Source of the DNA: Parachlamydiales bacterium | GTDB lineage: Bacteria; Chlamydiota; Chlamydiia; Chlamydiales; Rhabdochlamydiaceae | Assembly: GCA_963705295.1 (NCBI GenBank) | Contig: OY970065.1 | Span: 1,536,001 to 1,600,000 of the forward strand | Direction of reading: 5' to 3' | DNA: 64,000 nt | Shown: one piece after another, positions 28,123 through 37,348 of the stretch | Position numbering within the stretch: the first letter of the stretch is position 1 | Layout: every line of letters begins with the position of its first letter | The notes under the pieces: model-generated | What the model was told of the DNA's origin: nothing | The model's database searches: none | Seen by the model: only the letters and a program-made list of their open reading frames with translations | Program-made: the position numbers and the translations under genes

Positions 28123-29124
28123 CTATCTCCAAAAAGGCTCGTAGATCAAAGCCCCATCGGCATTATTGACATGGATGATTTGCATTTCCTCGATCTGCAA
28201 TCCTTCCATAAATCCAAGGACAAGGATAGCATTAGAGGCTTCGACGCAGGCAAAATCATCCCCGCCGAGCTCTTCATCAGGTTTATTGATCATTCCATTG
28301 ACAACAGCACGAAGTTCTTCCCGAGTAAAGGAAGTCTTGCCCACCGACTTCGCGATCCCGTTTCCAAAAACAGGGCCGACTACTACGGCTCGAGCAGGTT
28401 GTTGGATTTTAGCTTTAAACACCTGATCGACATTCTCCGAAAGAGATCGGGCGTAGGCTTTCGCTTGATTGACATCTTCAGCAGATAAAGGATTGGGACT
28501 TTTGCATTCGTGAATAGAACGGCCTTGGATTTTTTCAATAATATAATCTTTGAACAATCCAGAACCTTCTTGTCTGCCATCGACATGACAGAAACTATGG
28601 GGTCCTATTCTAACAAACTGCGTACTGCGGCCTCCAATATCCCAGATTAAGAGCTCTTCGGATTTTGCATTCGTTTTGGCCAATACGGCCAGGAATGGAA
28701 GCTCGCCCTCTAATTTTTGGTCGATGACATGGACTTTGACACCGTTTTTTTCCTGAATTTCTTGAGCAAACTCTAGTCCATTAGCCGCATCACGAAAAGC
28801 CGCTGTCGCTACAGCAACAATACCTTCGGGATTAAATGTTTTTGCTTTTGCAACAGCTTGTTGGAAGGCTTCATATCCTCGAGCTTTAATGTCCTCGGAA
28901 AACATACGACTTTTCGCAAGACTCTCATGAAAACGGACGAAGAATTGCTCAGCATGCAGGATCCTAACAATTTTTCCGGTTTCTTGGTTGATCTCTGCAA
29001 CTCGGAGTTTTGGTCCTCCGGTTCCCAAATCGATCGCAGCGCGGACCGCAATAGAGTTCTGAGTTTCGGCTATCACCACTGAAACAATTGCGCACATGCA
29101 AATTCCTATAAATTTATTGTACAT
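28123..29124 (-). CDS. Ppx/GppA (ASKHA) phosphatase-like protein with signal peptide
   Basis: AAIDLGTGG, VATAAFRDAANG, IDQKLEG, WDIGGRSTQ. Confidence 0.87.
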   Translation of the reverse strand: MYNKFIGICMCAIVSVVIAETQNSIAVRAAIDLGTGGPKLRVAEINQETGKIVRILHAEQFFVRFHESLAKSRMFSEDIKARGYEAFQQAVAKAKTFNPEGIVAVATAAFRDAANGLEFAQEIQEKNGVKVHVIDQKLEGELPFLAVLAKTNAKSEELLIWDIGGRSTQFVRIGPHSFCHVDGRQEGSGLFKDYIIEKIQGRSIHECKSPNPLSAEDVNQAKAYARSLSENVDQVFKAKIQQPARAVVVGPVFGNGIAKSVGKTSFTREELRAVVNGMINKPDEELGGDDFACVEASNAILVLGFMEGLQIEEMQIIHVNNADGALIYEPFWR

Positions 29125-29211
29125 TTGACTTTACGACGGGAGGACCTTTTTGCTCTTCCCAGACAAGTTGATCCCTTGCTTCTTCAAATGGCATCCATTC
29201 AATTGCAACTT

Positions 29212-29376
29212 TTATTAACCCGCTTGGCAAATAAGAGACAAAGAGCGCTAGCGAGGCAAAGCCAGATTGATTCTCGCGAGGAATAACATTCTTGAATACG
29301 AAGGATTCCGAGCGAGAATCGATATGGCAAAGCCGCAGCAAGCTATTTGTCTCTTATTTGCCAAGCGGGTTAATAG
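29212..29376. mobile_element. Palindromic element family A, copy 3 (variant arms)
   Basis: A core with arms CCCGCTTGGCAAATAAGAGACAAA / TTTGTCTCTTATTTGCCAAGCGGG. Confidence 0.9.
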
Positions 29377-30762
29377 CTATTTTATAAATCTGTTCCAGGA
29401 AGCATATCGTTCTATGATGACTCCTCTTGGTATCGAGGCAATAATCAATAAAACGGCACTGGCGATACCGCTAATCAATATTGCTGTAGATTCCAATGAA
29501 AAGACAAGAGTCAGTATAAGCACTATCACCCCAGCAATTATATTAAGAAAGCGTACTGTTCGAGTTACTTCAGCTGCAGCAACCGCAGCTACAGTAACTA
29601 TAATCGCTCCCATCCAATGATCGCAATTAGCGCTCTCAATATTAAAAGGCAAGATATTCGGTCGCGCCATTAACCACACGCCAACAATAGCCTGCACAAT
29701 TATAAGCCAAGGCAACGAAACTCCCTGTACGCTTGCTGCCCAACGTTGTCTAATAGACCAACGTGTACGATCTGGATCTTTACCTTCATAACCAAGTACA
29801 TTGCCGCCCAACCAAAAAGTTTGCCAGAAGTTTTTCTTTTGTTTATATGCCAGCACCAAAAATTGTCCTACCGCTATAGACTCATGCACTGCTAAAGGCA
29901 CAGAAATTAATAATGCGGTAGCAGAGACTAAACAAAATCCGCACCAGGCACCCACGACAACCGGCTGCATAATAACTAATAATATACTTACTGCGCCTAA
30001 AGGTATAACAAGAACAGCAAACGTAACTGCAATGAAAGGGGCAGTACGCCAGCGTGCACGACTACCCATAAAACCTGTCAGCACTTCCAACATATAAGCA
30101 ACTGCACCAAAACCAGCATCAGATATGGGAAAAGACCTCGACAATGCAGAGCCTGTTACTTTATCAGAGCCGTCGCCAAAAAATGGATCCCATATATGAG
30201 GTATATAACCTAGCTGATGAGCTGCTAAATATCGCGAGAGGAAGAAGCCAATCAGTGCTAGAGCAATGCCAAGCCAACGCCTAATCCATGAGGAAGGATT
30301 ATATGACCAGCCAGGAGGTTTGTCTGGTCCAGACAATTGAATACCAGCCCGCCCTGGCAATCCGGGGATGAGCACAGCAAATGCAATGAATAAGCAAGCC
30401 ATTAATGTATCAACCAAATAAACAGTAGGGGTTGGCGACCAAAATATAAGTGGTGCAAGCAATAACCAAAACGCTACAGCAACTGTACCCCACCTGAGCA
30501 AAGCGAATCGAGGAACAAATGCCATTATTTCTACAAGAATAACAATGACACCAGATATGATATCACTCTTCATTAAAGCCACGCTCTTATAATTTAAAAG
30601 AAAAGGCTGGCTGATGAGCCATATAGCCAATATGCCATTAACCACATAGGTCCAAAGAATTTTGTAGTTATAAAGCCTTATTTCTTCTAAAAACTGCTGT
30701 GCATTCTTGCCTGTCGCTTCTCTAAAAGTTTGAATTTCAATTTGTGTTTCTTGCCCTGTCAT
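29377..30762 (-). CDS. Vitamin K epoxide reductase family / SPW-repeat membrane protein
   Basis: PPGWSYNPSSW, WDPFFGDGS, PISDAGFG, QPVVVGAWCGFCL; AT-richer codon style than neighbours. Confidence 0.85.
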   Translation of the reverse strand: MTGQETQIEIQTFREATGKNAQQFLEEIRLYNYKILWTYVVNGILAIWLISQPFLLNYKSVALMKSDIISGVIVILVEIMAFVPRFALLRWGTVAVAFWLLLAPLIFWSPTPTVYLVDTLMACLFIAFAVLIPGLPGRAGIQLSGPDKPPGWSYNPSSWIRRWLGIALALIGFFLSRYLAAHQLGYIPHIWDPFFGDGSDKVTGSALSRSFPISDAGFGAVAYMLEVLTGFMGSRARWRTAPFIAVTFAVLVIPLGAVSILLVIMQPVVVGAWCGFCLVSATALLISVPLAVHESIAVGQFLVLAYKQKKNFWQTFWLGGNVLGYEGKDPDRTRWSIRQRWAASVQGVSLPWLIIVQAIVGVWLMARPNILPFNIESANCDHWMGAIIVTVAAVAAAEVTRTVRFLNIIAGVIVLILTLVFSLESTAILISGIASAVLLIIASIPRGVIIERYASWNRFIK

Positions 30763-30981
30763 GCCGTCCTGTTTTGATTTGTCGACCGCTTTCGCGAGCG
30801 TCAGCGCACCGCAATTGCACCATGACGCACTTTAAATTTCAACTTGGTATTTGTACAAGTCGATTCTTGCGTGTAGTTGGATGTGGGAAGCTGATTCAGA
30901 ATAGGGCCTATTATTTAGCGCATCCGAATATCGAATCCCTTGCACTCTTGGATGAGTACAAGGGTACGAATTGGTCTCTAC

Positions 30982-31116
30982 TTCGGAAGAGGTAGGATTC
31001 CTCCCAAGTTCCTATGGGAGCCGGTTCGGTCGCAAGCGACCTTCACTTCGAATCCACCACGCGAGCCAAATCATTGGCTCGCTTCTTCCTCACTACGTTC
31101 GGAAGAGGTAGGATTC
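30982..31116. repeat. tRNA-linked repeat: duplicated tRNA-Ser 3' end with intervening hairpins
   Basis: TTCGGAAGAGGTAGGATTC at 30982-31000 and 31098-31116; three hairpins between. Confidence 0.85.
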
Positions 31117-31184
31117 GAACCCACGGTCGGTTGCCCGACTGCTGTTTTCAAGACAGCCGCAATAGGCCACTCTGCCACTCTTCC
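31100..31184 (-). tRNA. tRNA-Ser(TGA)
   Basis: GGAAGAGTGGCAGAGTGG...CTTGAAA...long variable arm...GGTTCGAATCCTACCTCTTCCG; no encoded CCA. Confidence 0.97.
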
Positions 31185-31194
31185 AAAGGTCGAT

Positions 31195-31223
31195 ATTATA
31201 AGAAGGGGTTTTTTTAATTTCAA
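31195..31223 (-). promoter_or_regulatory. Sigma66/70-type promoter of tRNA-Ser
   Basis: TTGAAA-17nt-TATAAT on the minus strand, 10 nt before the tRNA. Confidence 0.75.
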
Positions 31224-31296
31224 TTGTTGCAAAATATTTGATTGAAATCACTGGGTGGGATATATTTTTGCCAAAACTCTTCAACCAGAGGTAATT

Positions 31297-31893
31297 ATGG
31301 CAGCAGCAGCAGCATCAGCAGTACCCGGTTCTTCAAGTGCGCCAGCGGCACTTCCGGTTTTATCGGATAGCGTTCATCGTGTGGAACAAGCGGCAGGAGG
31401 TCGGGCTAGTCCAAGAAATCGAGCTGAGGAGGGTGGCGATTTGAGTCAGACGTATCCCTTGGTGGCATCGGTTCTACATGGCATTCAATGTGTTTACGAT
31501 GTGGTTTTAAAGGGTTTGGCGAAGGAAGCGCCACACATTGTCTTGTCGATGATGTTAACGTATCCGGTTGTCGATTTAAGTAATTATTTTTTAGTGGGAA
31601 TTGTTCCCAGTTTAGATCGTGATTCTGCAGTAACTTTTGTCGGCGTTGCCTCGTTGGCTTATAAGATTGCCACACCGATTCTCTTTCAAATGTTTAGACG
31701 TGAGAACGAGCTGAATAAGGGTTGCAGAAGGGTTTTGGATTTAACGCATACTTTCATTCCGACGATTGCCATTCATCAAATCTGGCACCTGAATATTCCT
31801 CCCCAGTATGGAATCGCAGCTTGGGCAATCACATTCGGAGGCTTATATCATCCTTGGAAATGGTTTCAAGGCTATCGACCCCCAAATAAATAA
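31297..31893 (+). CDS. Hypothetical membrane protein with Ala/Ser/Pro-rich N-terminus
   Basis: GAGGT SD; several TM segments. Confidence 0.72.
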   Translation: MAAAAASAVPGSSSAPAALPVLSDSVHRVEQAAGGRASPRNRAEEGGDLSQTYPLVASVLHGIQCVYDVVLKGLAKEAPHIVLSMMLTYPVVDLSNYFLVGIVPSLDRDSAVTFVGVASLAYKIATPILFQMFRRENELNKGCRRVLDLTHTFIPTIAIHQIWHLNIPPQYGIAAWAITFGGLYHPWKWFQGYRPPNK

Positions 31894-31912
31894 TCGAAAA
31901 AGGAGTTTAATT

Positions 31913-32482
31913 ATGGCAACATCAGCACGATCAGAATCACCACCACCAGTAAGACCTTCTGGTTACACAGCAGATAGTAGATTACCTCTGGCATCAGCGG
32001 CTTCACAACCTATCGCACCTTTACAGTCAAACCCCATCTCAGCTTATTTGTTATGGAGTGTTCAAGTGATGGGTCATGGACTTTCTCAAGCTGTGAACAA
32101 TTCACCCGGGGCGGCTTTAGCTTACGGAGGAGTTTTAGGAGTCAGTTATTTGGGGAAATTTATTTCTGCCGGTTTCACAGTGTCTCCTAATATGCCAAGA
32201 TTCGTAGCTATGGCTTATTTGATCCACACAGCCTTATCTCCTATTTTCAAATTCTCTCAACGGAGGGAAACAGGAATTCTGTGGGGGTTTACTATCCAAC
32301 ACCTGAATCCGCTTTTCATCGCCTTCTTTTTAGCGCGCAAATTTAGATGGGATGTGCAGTCTGTACAGAATATCCTTTTAACAGGGGGCGTTTTGATAAT
32401 TGTAAAATCCCTTCAACATTATATTCAAAATGGTAACGAAGTAAGAATAAGTAGAGGCCAGTCACGCGAAATTTATGACTAA
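31913..32482 (+). CDS. Hypothetical membrane protein with Ser/Pro-rich N-terminus
   Basis: AAGGAG SD; architecture like the upstream gene. Confidence 0.72.
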   Translation: MATSARSESPPPVRPSGYTADSRLPLASAASQPIAPLQSNPISAYLLWSVQVMGHGLSQAVNNSPGAALAYGGVLGVSYLGKFISAGFTVSPNMPRFVAMAYLIHTALSPIFKFSQRRETGILWGFTIQHLNPLFIAFFLARKFRWDVQSVQNILLTGGVLIIVKSLQHYIQNGNEVRISRGQSREIYD

Positions 32483-32483
32483 A

Positions 32484-33503
32484 TCAGAATTGAGAGAGGA
32501 ATCTTAAGTCGTTTTCCGCAAAGAGGCGGATATCGGGGATGTTGTATCGGAGTAGCGCGAGCCGCTCGATGCCCATCCCCCATGCGTAGCCGGAGTAGAT
32601 TTCAGGGTCGATGCCGCCGTTTTTGAGAACTTCGGGATGGACCATCCCAGCGCCAGCAACTTCAAGCCAGCCTGAGTCTTTGCAGAGCCTGCAACCTTTC
32701 CCTTCACACTTCGTGCAGCTGATATCGATTTCAAGTCCAGGTTCTACGAAAGGGAAATAACTGGGCCGGAAACGGGTTTCGACTTTTTTTCCGAGGAGTT
32801 TTTTCCAAAATTCTTCCATGGTGGCGAACAGATCGGCGAACGAGACATTTTTATCGACGTAAAGCCCTTCGACTTGGTGGAAAAAGACATGTGACCGTGC
32901 GCTGATATTTTCATTCCGATAGACGGTTCCGGGTGCAATGATCCGGATGGGAGGAGGAGTTTTTTCCATCACGCGGAGCTGTGTATTGGAGGTGTGGGAC
33001 CGAAGAAGCTTATCGGTGTCGATATAGAACGTATCTTGCATTTCACGGGCGGGATGATCGGGAGGAAAGTTGAGTCCCTCGTAGTTGTACCAATCGGAAT
33101 CGATTTCGGGTCCGTATTGGACAGAAAATCCCATGCTGGAGAAGATTTCGATGACTTCATCGAGAACGAGTGTCAAAGGGTGTTTACGACCTAAAAAGTG
33201 TTTTCTACCGGGAAGAGTGACATCGATCTTTTCATCGGCGATCCGGTGGGCGATTTCTGCTAAGTGAAAACTGGTTTGGGCTTTTTCACATAGATCGGTG
33301 AGCTCGGTCTTGAGATCGTTGATCTGTTTTCCGAGGGTTGGCCTCTCCTGGGCAGGAGTTTCACGGAGAGCATTCATCAAATCTTGGAGAATGCCCTTTT
33401 TTCCGAGAAAACGGATCTTGAGTTGTTCGATTTCTTTCGTGTCTTTGACGTGAGAGAGTTCTTGTTTGAACTGCTCGCGTAAATCCCCGATTTTTTCGAT
33501 CAT
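32484..33503 (-). CDS. pheS: Phenylalanine--tRNA ligase alpha subunit
   Basis: HPAREMQDTFY, LRSHTS, FHQVEG, FRPSYFPFVEP, GMGIERL. Confidence 0.99.
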   Translation of the reverse strand: MIEKIGDLREQFKQELSHVKDTKEIEQLKIRFLGKKGILQDLMNALRETPAQERPTLGKQINDLKTELTDLCEKAQTSFHLAEIAHRIADEKIDVTLPGRKHFLGRKHPLTLVLDEVIEIFSSMGFSVQYGPEIDSDWYNYEGLNFPPDHPAREMQDTFYIDTDKLLRSHTSNTQLRVMEKTPPPIRIIAPGTVYRNENISARSHVFFHQVEGLYVDKNVSFADLFATMEEFWKKLLGKKVETRFRPSYFPFVEPGLEIDISCTKCEGKGCRLCKDSGWLEVAGAGMVHPEVLKNGGIDPEIYSGYAWGMGIERLALLRYNIPDIRLFAENDLRFLSQF

Positions 33504-33514
33504 CTTTTATCGAT

Positions 33515-33874
33515 TTATTGGGCTAAGGCTTGTTTTGCTTGGCTGGCAATCGCTGCAAATCCGGTTGGGTCATGGATCGCCATCTCGGACAACATTTTTC
33601 TATCCAAAACACATCCTGCTTTCTTGAGGCCATGGATGAATTTGCTATACGACAGACCATGCATTTTTGATCCGACAGATAGACGATTGATCCAAAGACT
33701 TCTGAAATCACGCTTCCGTTGTTTACGGCTTCTGTAATTGAAAGCCATCGCTTGCAAGACAGAATTGGAGGTTAATCTTCGATGGTTTTTTCGATCTCCT
33801 ACAAACCCTTTCGCTTGCTTTAACAACCGTTTTTTCTTCCGATTGCTATAAACAGCATTTGTTGCTCTAACCAT
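33515..33874 (-). CDS. rplT: 50S ribosomal protein L20
   Basis: AKGF.G, RKRDFRSLWI.R, YSKFIHGL, LDRKMLSEMA. Confidence 0.98.
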   Translation of the reverse strand: MVRATNAVYSNRKKKRLLKQAKGFVGDRKNHRRLTSNSVLQAMAFNYRSRKQRKRDFRSLWINRLSVGSKMHGLSYSKFIHGLKKAGCVLDRKMLSEMAIHDPTGFAAIASQAKQALAQ

Positions 33875-33878
33875 ATTT

Positions 33879-34073
33879 TTACACTCCCATTAATCGTGCG
33901 TACATTTTTGACTGACTTGAGTCAACCAGTGCATCTTTCCTGAGGCGTCGTTTACGCTTGGAAGATTTGCCTACTAAAAGGTGACGACGGCCTGGTTTTC
34001 GACGTTTGAGTTTACCAGTTCCTGTCACTTTGAAGCGGGCCAGCATGGCTTTATTCGTTTTCATCTTAGGCAT
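33879..34073 (-). CDS. rpmI: 50S ribosomal protein L35
   Basis: MPKMKT...[16 protein letters not shown]. Confidence 0.98.
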   Translation of the reverse strand: MPKMKTNKAMLARFKVTGTGKLKRRKPGRRHLLVGKSSKRKRRLRKDALVDSSQSKMYARLMGV

Positions 34074-34587
34074 ATTTTTGTTCCTTTTTCTTTACTCCGG
34101 GCGCCAACACCACCGATAGGGCTCGTCCAAACATTTTTGGGGGCGACTCAGGCGTTGCGATATCTGCGAGATCATTGCAGAGTCTTTGTACAACCCTCAA
34201 GCCGATCTCTTGGTGGAGCATTTCTCTTCCACGGTAGGTACAAGTGATTTTGACCTTGTTCCCTTTCTGGATAAATTCTCTCGCATGTCGCATTTTGGTC
34301 TGGAGATCGTGTTCGTCTGTGGTCGGCTTTATCTTGACCTCTTTGACCTTAACCTGGTGTTGTCCTTTTTTACTTTCTTTCTCTTTTTTCGTTTGCTGAT
34401 ACCGGTACTTTCCAAAATCAATGATTTTGCAGACGGGTGGATCAGCAGAAGCTGCAATTTCGACCAAATCAAGGCCTACTTGTTCAGCTCGTTGCAAGGC
34501 GTCTAGCAGTGTTAAAACCCCTAGTTGGTTGCCATCTCGATCGATGACACGGACGCGCGGAGCCCGTATTTCTCTATTGATTCTCAA
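34066..34587 (-). CDS. infC: Translation initiation factor IF-3 (TTG start)
   Basis: [32 protein letters not shown]. Confidence 0.98.
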   Translation of the reverse strand: MRINREIRAPRVRVIDRDGNQLGVLTLLDALQRAEQVGLDLVEIAASADPPVCKIIDFGKYRYQQTKKEKESKKGQHQVKVKEVKIKPTTDEHDLQTKMRHAREFIQKGNKVKITCTYRGREMLHQEIGLRVVQRLCNDLADIATPESPPKMFGRALSVVLAPGVKKKEQKYA

Positions 34588-35905
34588 ACGGTTTCAACCT
34601 GTCTATTAACTTTTCTATATTCATATTCAACGTCGTATTTCCCTCTCGCACTGTGATTGTTTTACTCTTTTTTTCACGATCCCCTAAAACAATACAACAA
34701 GGGATTCTTTCACGCAATGCTCGCTGCAACCTTTTTGCAAGAAGCTCGTCTTCTTCATCGAGTCCGACTCGAAATCCTGCTTCCTCAAGAGCTTCTTTTA
34801 TCTCCCTCGCATAATCGGGCTGCATCGATATAATCCTAATCTGCTCGGGTTGCAGCCAAAAAGGAAGCTTCCCTTTTGTTTTTTCCACCAGCAAAGTTAC
34901 AAACCGCTCGAGGGAGTGAAAAAGCGAAAGGACAACGGTAGTTTTATCCCACCCCAGTCGAGACATCTCCCACTTCCGCCCTAAATTATCTTCCACCAGA
35001 AAGACAACGGCTGAAGAGTCTCCCCTCTCTGTATGCCACTTTGTATGAAAGCCAAGTTCACTCTTTTCAAGCGCATTTCGGACCATTTTCACAGGTTTTC
35101 CCATGAAAACTATCTCTAAATCAAAAGTGAAAATTTTAAGGAATTTTGTGATGTTTTGCAAGAAAGAAATTACATTTTCTTCGGTTAGAGGCAGATAAGC
35201 CCGGTCTGTCCACCCAAAGGAAGGATCGACCAGCTCCTCCCCTTTTCCAAGCAGCGGCTTCTTGATCCATTCAAAAGATCCTTTTCCATACGCACCATGG
35301 CAAGCCATCAACTCTTTTTCGCTCACACCAGGCGTTGAAATGTAATCCAATCCAGCCGGCCTGATTTTTTCGAAAAGAATTTTTTTAACCACCTCTCCTC
35401 GAGGGAGCCAAAGCCATCCTCCTGGACATTTTTCAAGAAGCCTCAGCTCAGAAATCGGATAGCTCTGAGGAGATTTAAGCGGCGCCGCTGAGCCAATGAT
35501 CCGAATCGATCCATCCATTTTTTGAAAATCGAGCAGTTTAAAAAACTTTAGCTGCCCCGTACTTTCCAAAGGCGTTCCCGGCGATAGACCTGCAAATCGA
35601 TCGATCTGAAAAATTTCCACCAAACCGTCTCCTGCAGCAATCTCTCGATTTCCATGATGTTTCAAAAACGCTGTCGCATTCGAAGGGATCATTTCAAAAA
35701 CCTGAATGGGAATATCCTTCTTAACCAACGCTCGCATCCGTTCCTCGAGCATCGAAAACATTTTTTTCTCAAAGGTAAACGGAAAAACTAGGTCACAAAA
35801 AAAATATTTCTCCGTCGCCTGAGATATCAAGATTCGACTCTCTGGAAATATTTCTTGGATGGCAATGGAAAGTAAAATACTACTGGTGGCTTGAGATGAT
35901 TTCAC
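34574..35905 (-). CDS. Degenerate threonyl-tRNA synthetase paralogue (editing and catalytic motifs lost, anticodon-binding domain kept)
   Basis: Collinear with ThrRS: STGQLKFFKLL, PGGWLWLPRG, DNLGRKWE, SLERF..LPFWLQPEQI, GDRE..VRE; 443 aa; GTG start. Confidence 0.85.
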   Translation of the reverse strand: MKSSQATSSILLSIAIQEIFPESRILISQATEKYFFCDLVFPFTFEKKMFSMLEERMRALVKKDIPIQVFEMIPSNATAFLKHHGNREIAAGDGLVEIFQIDRFAGLSPGTPLESTGQLKFFKLLDFQKMDGSIRIIGSAAPLKSPQSYPISELRLLEKCPGGWLWLPRGEVVKKILFEKIRPAGLDYISTPGVSEKELMACHGAYGKGSFEWIKKPLLGKGEELVDPSFGWTDRAYLPLTEENVISFLQNITKFLKIFTFDLEIVFMGKPVKMVRNALEKSELGFHTKWHTERGDSSAVVFLVEDNLGRKWEMSRLGWDKTTVVLSLFHSLERFVTLLVEKTKGKLPFWLQPEQIRIISMQPDYAREIKEALEEAGFRVGLDEEDELLAKRLQRALRERIPCCIVLGDREKKSKTITVREGNTTLNMNIEKLIDRLKPFENQ

Positions 35906-35912
35906 AATATAA

Positions 35913-35986
35913 TGGGATATAGCTGACTCGAACAGCTGACCTCCACGATGTCAACGTGGCGCTCTAACCAACTGAGCTAATACCCC
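35913..35986 (-). tRNA. tRNA-Val(GAC)
   Basis: GGGGTATTAGCTCAGTTGGTTAGAGCGCCACGTTGACATCGTGGAGGTCAGCTGTTCGAGTCAGCTATATCCCA. Confidence 0.97.
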
Positions 35987-36526
35987 ATGAAGGAAGAAAT
36001 TTTACATAATCCCTCCCATTCCTTCAAGCCTCATCTTGAACAAGCCTATACGTATTGGAAATCTCTCCTGAAGCCCGATGATATCGTTATTGATGCGACC
36101 TGCGGAAATGGAAAAGACACACTCCGATTGGCCGAGTTAGTTCCCGATGGGCATGTTTATTCTCTTGATATTCAAGAGGTTGCGCTCGAAAATGCTCGAA
36201 AACTTATCCCCTTTTCGAACGTCACCTTTCTCCATCAATCCCATGAAGAGTTTCCGCCGGTTTCCGTGAAATTAATTGTTTACAATTTGGGTTATTTACC
36301 CGGGGGAAATAAAAAAATTACTACGATGACAAACACAACTTTGAAAAGCATCTCCAAGGCGATGGAAATTTCTGAAGCTCTTTGCATCACCTTTTACCCC
36401 GGTCATCCCGAGGGTCTTTTAGAACAGGAAGCGGTTTTAAAATTAGATTTTCAAAAATGGATTATCACATTTCATCAGTGGCGCGAAAATTCTCCAACAT
36501 TATTATTTTTAAAATTAAAAATTTAA
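35987..36526 (+). CDS. mnmM: SAM-dependent methyltransferase, YtqB/MnmM-like
   Basis: IDATCGNGKDT, YNLGYLPGGNKKITT, YPGHPEG. Confidence 0.85.
   Translation: MKEEILHNPSHSFKPHLEQAYTYWKSLLKPDDIVIDATCGNGKDTLRLAELVPDGHVYSLDIQEVALENARKLIPFSNVTFLHQSHEEFPPVSVKLIVYNLGYLPGGNKKITTMTNTTLKSISKAMEISEALCITFYPGHPEGLLEQEAVLKLDFQKWIITFHQWRENSPTLLFLKLKI
35999..36027 (-). promoter_or_regulatory. Promoter of tRNA-Val operon embedded in mnmM coding sequence
   Basis: TTGAAG-17nt-TAAAAT on the minus strand, 12 nt before the tRNA 5' end. Confidence 0.65.
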
Positions 36527-36646
36527 TTTTGTAATTAATATTAAACTAATTCTTAGTATTTATAAACAAAATACAATAATAGTATAATTAGTGATGTAGA
36601 TCTAATGACTTGCCTTTAATTTTAATAAAGTAATAAGAGGGAAATT

Positions 36647-37348
36647 ATGGATCTGAGTATGAACACCGTTTACTCTGAGTACGCCGAGAAACTCCACTCG
36701 ATTGAAGAGGAGCTTCACGCACAGCCTATCACGGAGGAAGTCCGTGAACATATCGTCCATGAATTGGACGTCGTCCATGATGGATTGTCACAGCTGGAAA
36801 TCACTGCGAGCCGGGTCAACCGATTTGCGATTTCATTTCTAGAAGAACTCCGCCAAAAAACCATCTTATTGTATGGAGAGGTGGTCGAATTTTTCCATCA
36901 GCATGAAATCGATGTAATCCAAAATGAAACCAAATCGTTGCAACAGACACTGCAGCAAAAAGATTTTTTGAGAATTTCACAGCTAGTTGATTCTCTCAAA
37001 ATGCACATACAAAAATTATTAGAATCGTATAGCCCAGGGTTGCAAGAAAGGAGAGTCCTTGTCTTTGCAGGTCTTGCACTGGAGCAGGCCGAGGGGCTAC
37101 TTCAAGGCACTTTGACAGCAAAAACAATGCTAACGGAAGAATCATGTCTTGAAATCGAAGAAATTCTTGAAGAAATCAATGAGTATTTAGGAAATAGTGA
37201 CAAGGTAAGTCTCCGCCTCTTATGGGCACGGCTGACTCCTCATCAACGAAAGTTGGTCATGTCCTACCTCAATCCGGGCCGCCTCACGGTAAGCTTGCTG
37301 CATGATATAGAACGACCCACATATGAGGAGAATCTCCTCGGAGTCTAA
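36647..37348 (+). CDS. Hypothetical acidic helical protein
   Basis: 233-aa ORF, GAGGGG SD, AT-rich promoter region. Confidence 0.78.
   Translation: MDLSMNTVYSEYAEKLHSIEEELHAQPITEEVREHIVHELDVVHDGLSQLEITASRVNRFAISFLEELRQKTILLYGEVVEFFHQHEIDVIQNETKSLQQTLQQKDFLRISQLVDSLKMHIQKLLESYSPGLQERRVLVFAGLALEQAEGLLQGTLTAKTMLTEESCLEIEEILEEINEYLGNSDKVSLRLLWARLTPHQRKLVMSYLNPGRLTVSLLHDIERPTYEENLLGV

Noticed and set aside
27606..28169. Small ORFs repeated at 29114-29620, 48946-49179 and 51856-52102
   Set aside because: Translations of the palindromic elements; the similarity is at the DNA repeat level
18770..30980. Prophage or ICE at tRNA-Ser
   Set aside because: No integrase, phage or conjugation genes; only short scars and repeats
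30940..31284. ORFs overlapping tRNA-Ser
   Set aside because: Spurious frames over a tRNA gene
34585..34587. Non-ATG start of infC as a novelty
   Set aside because: Non-canonical infC starts are the known autoregulatory norm
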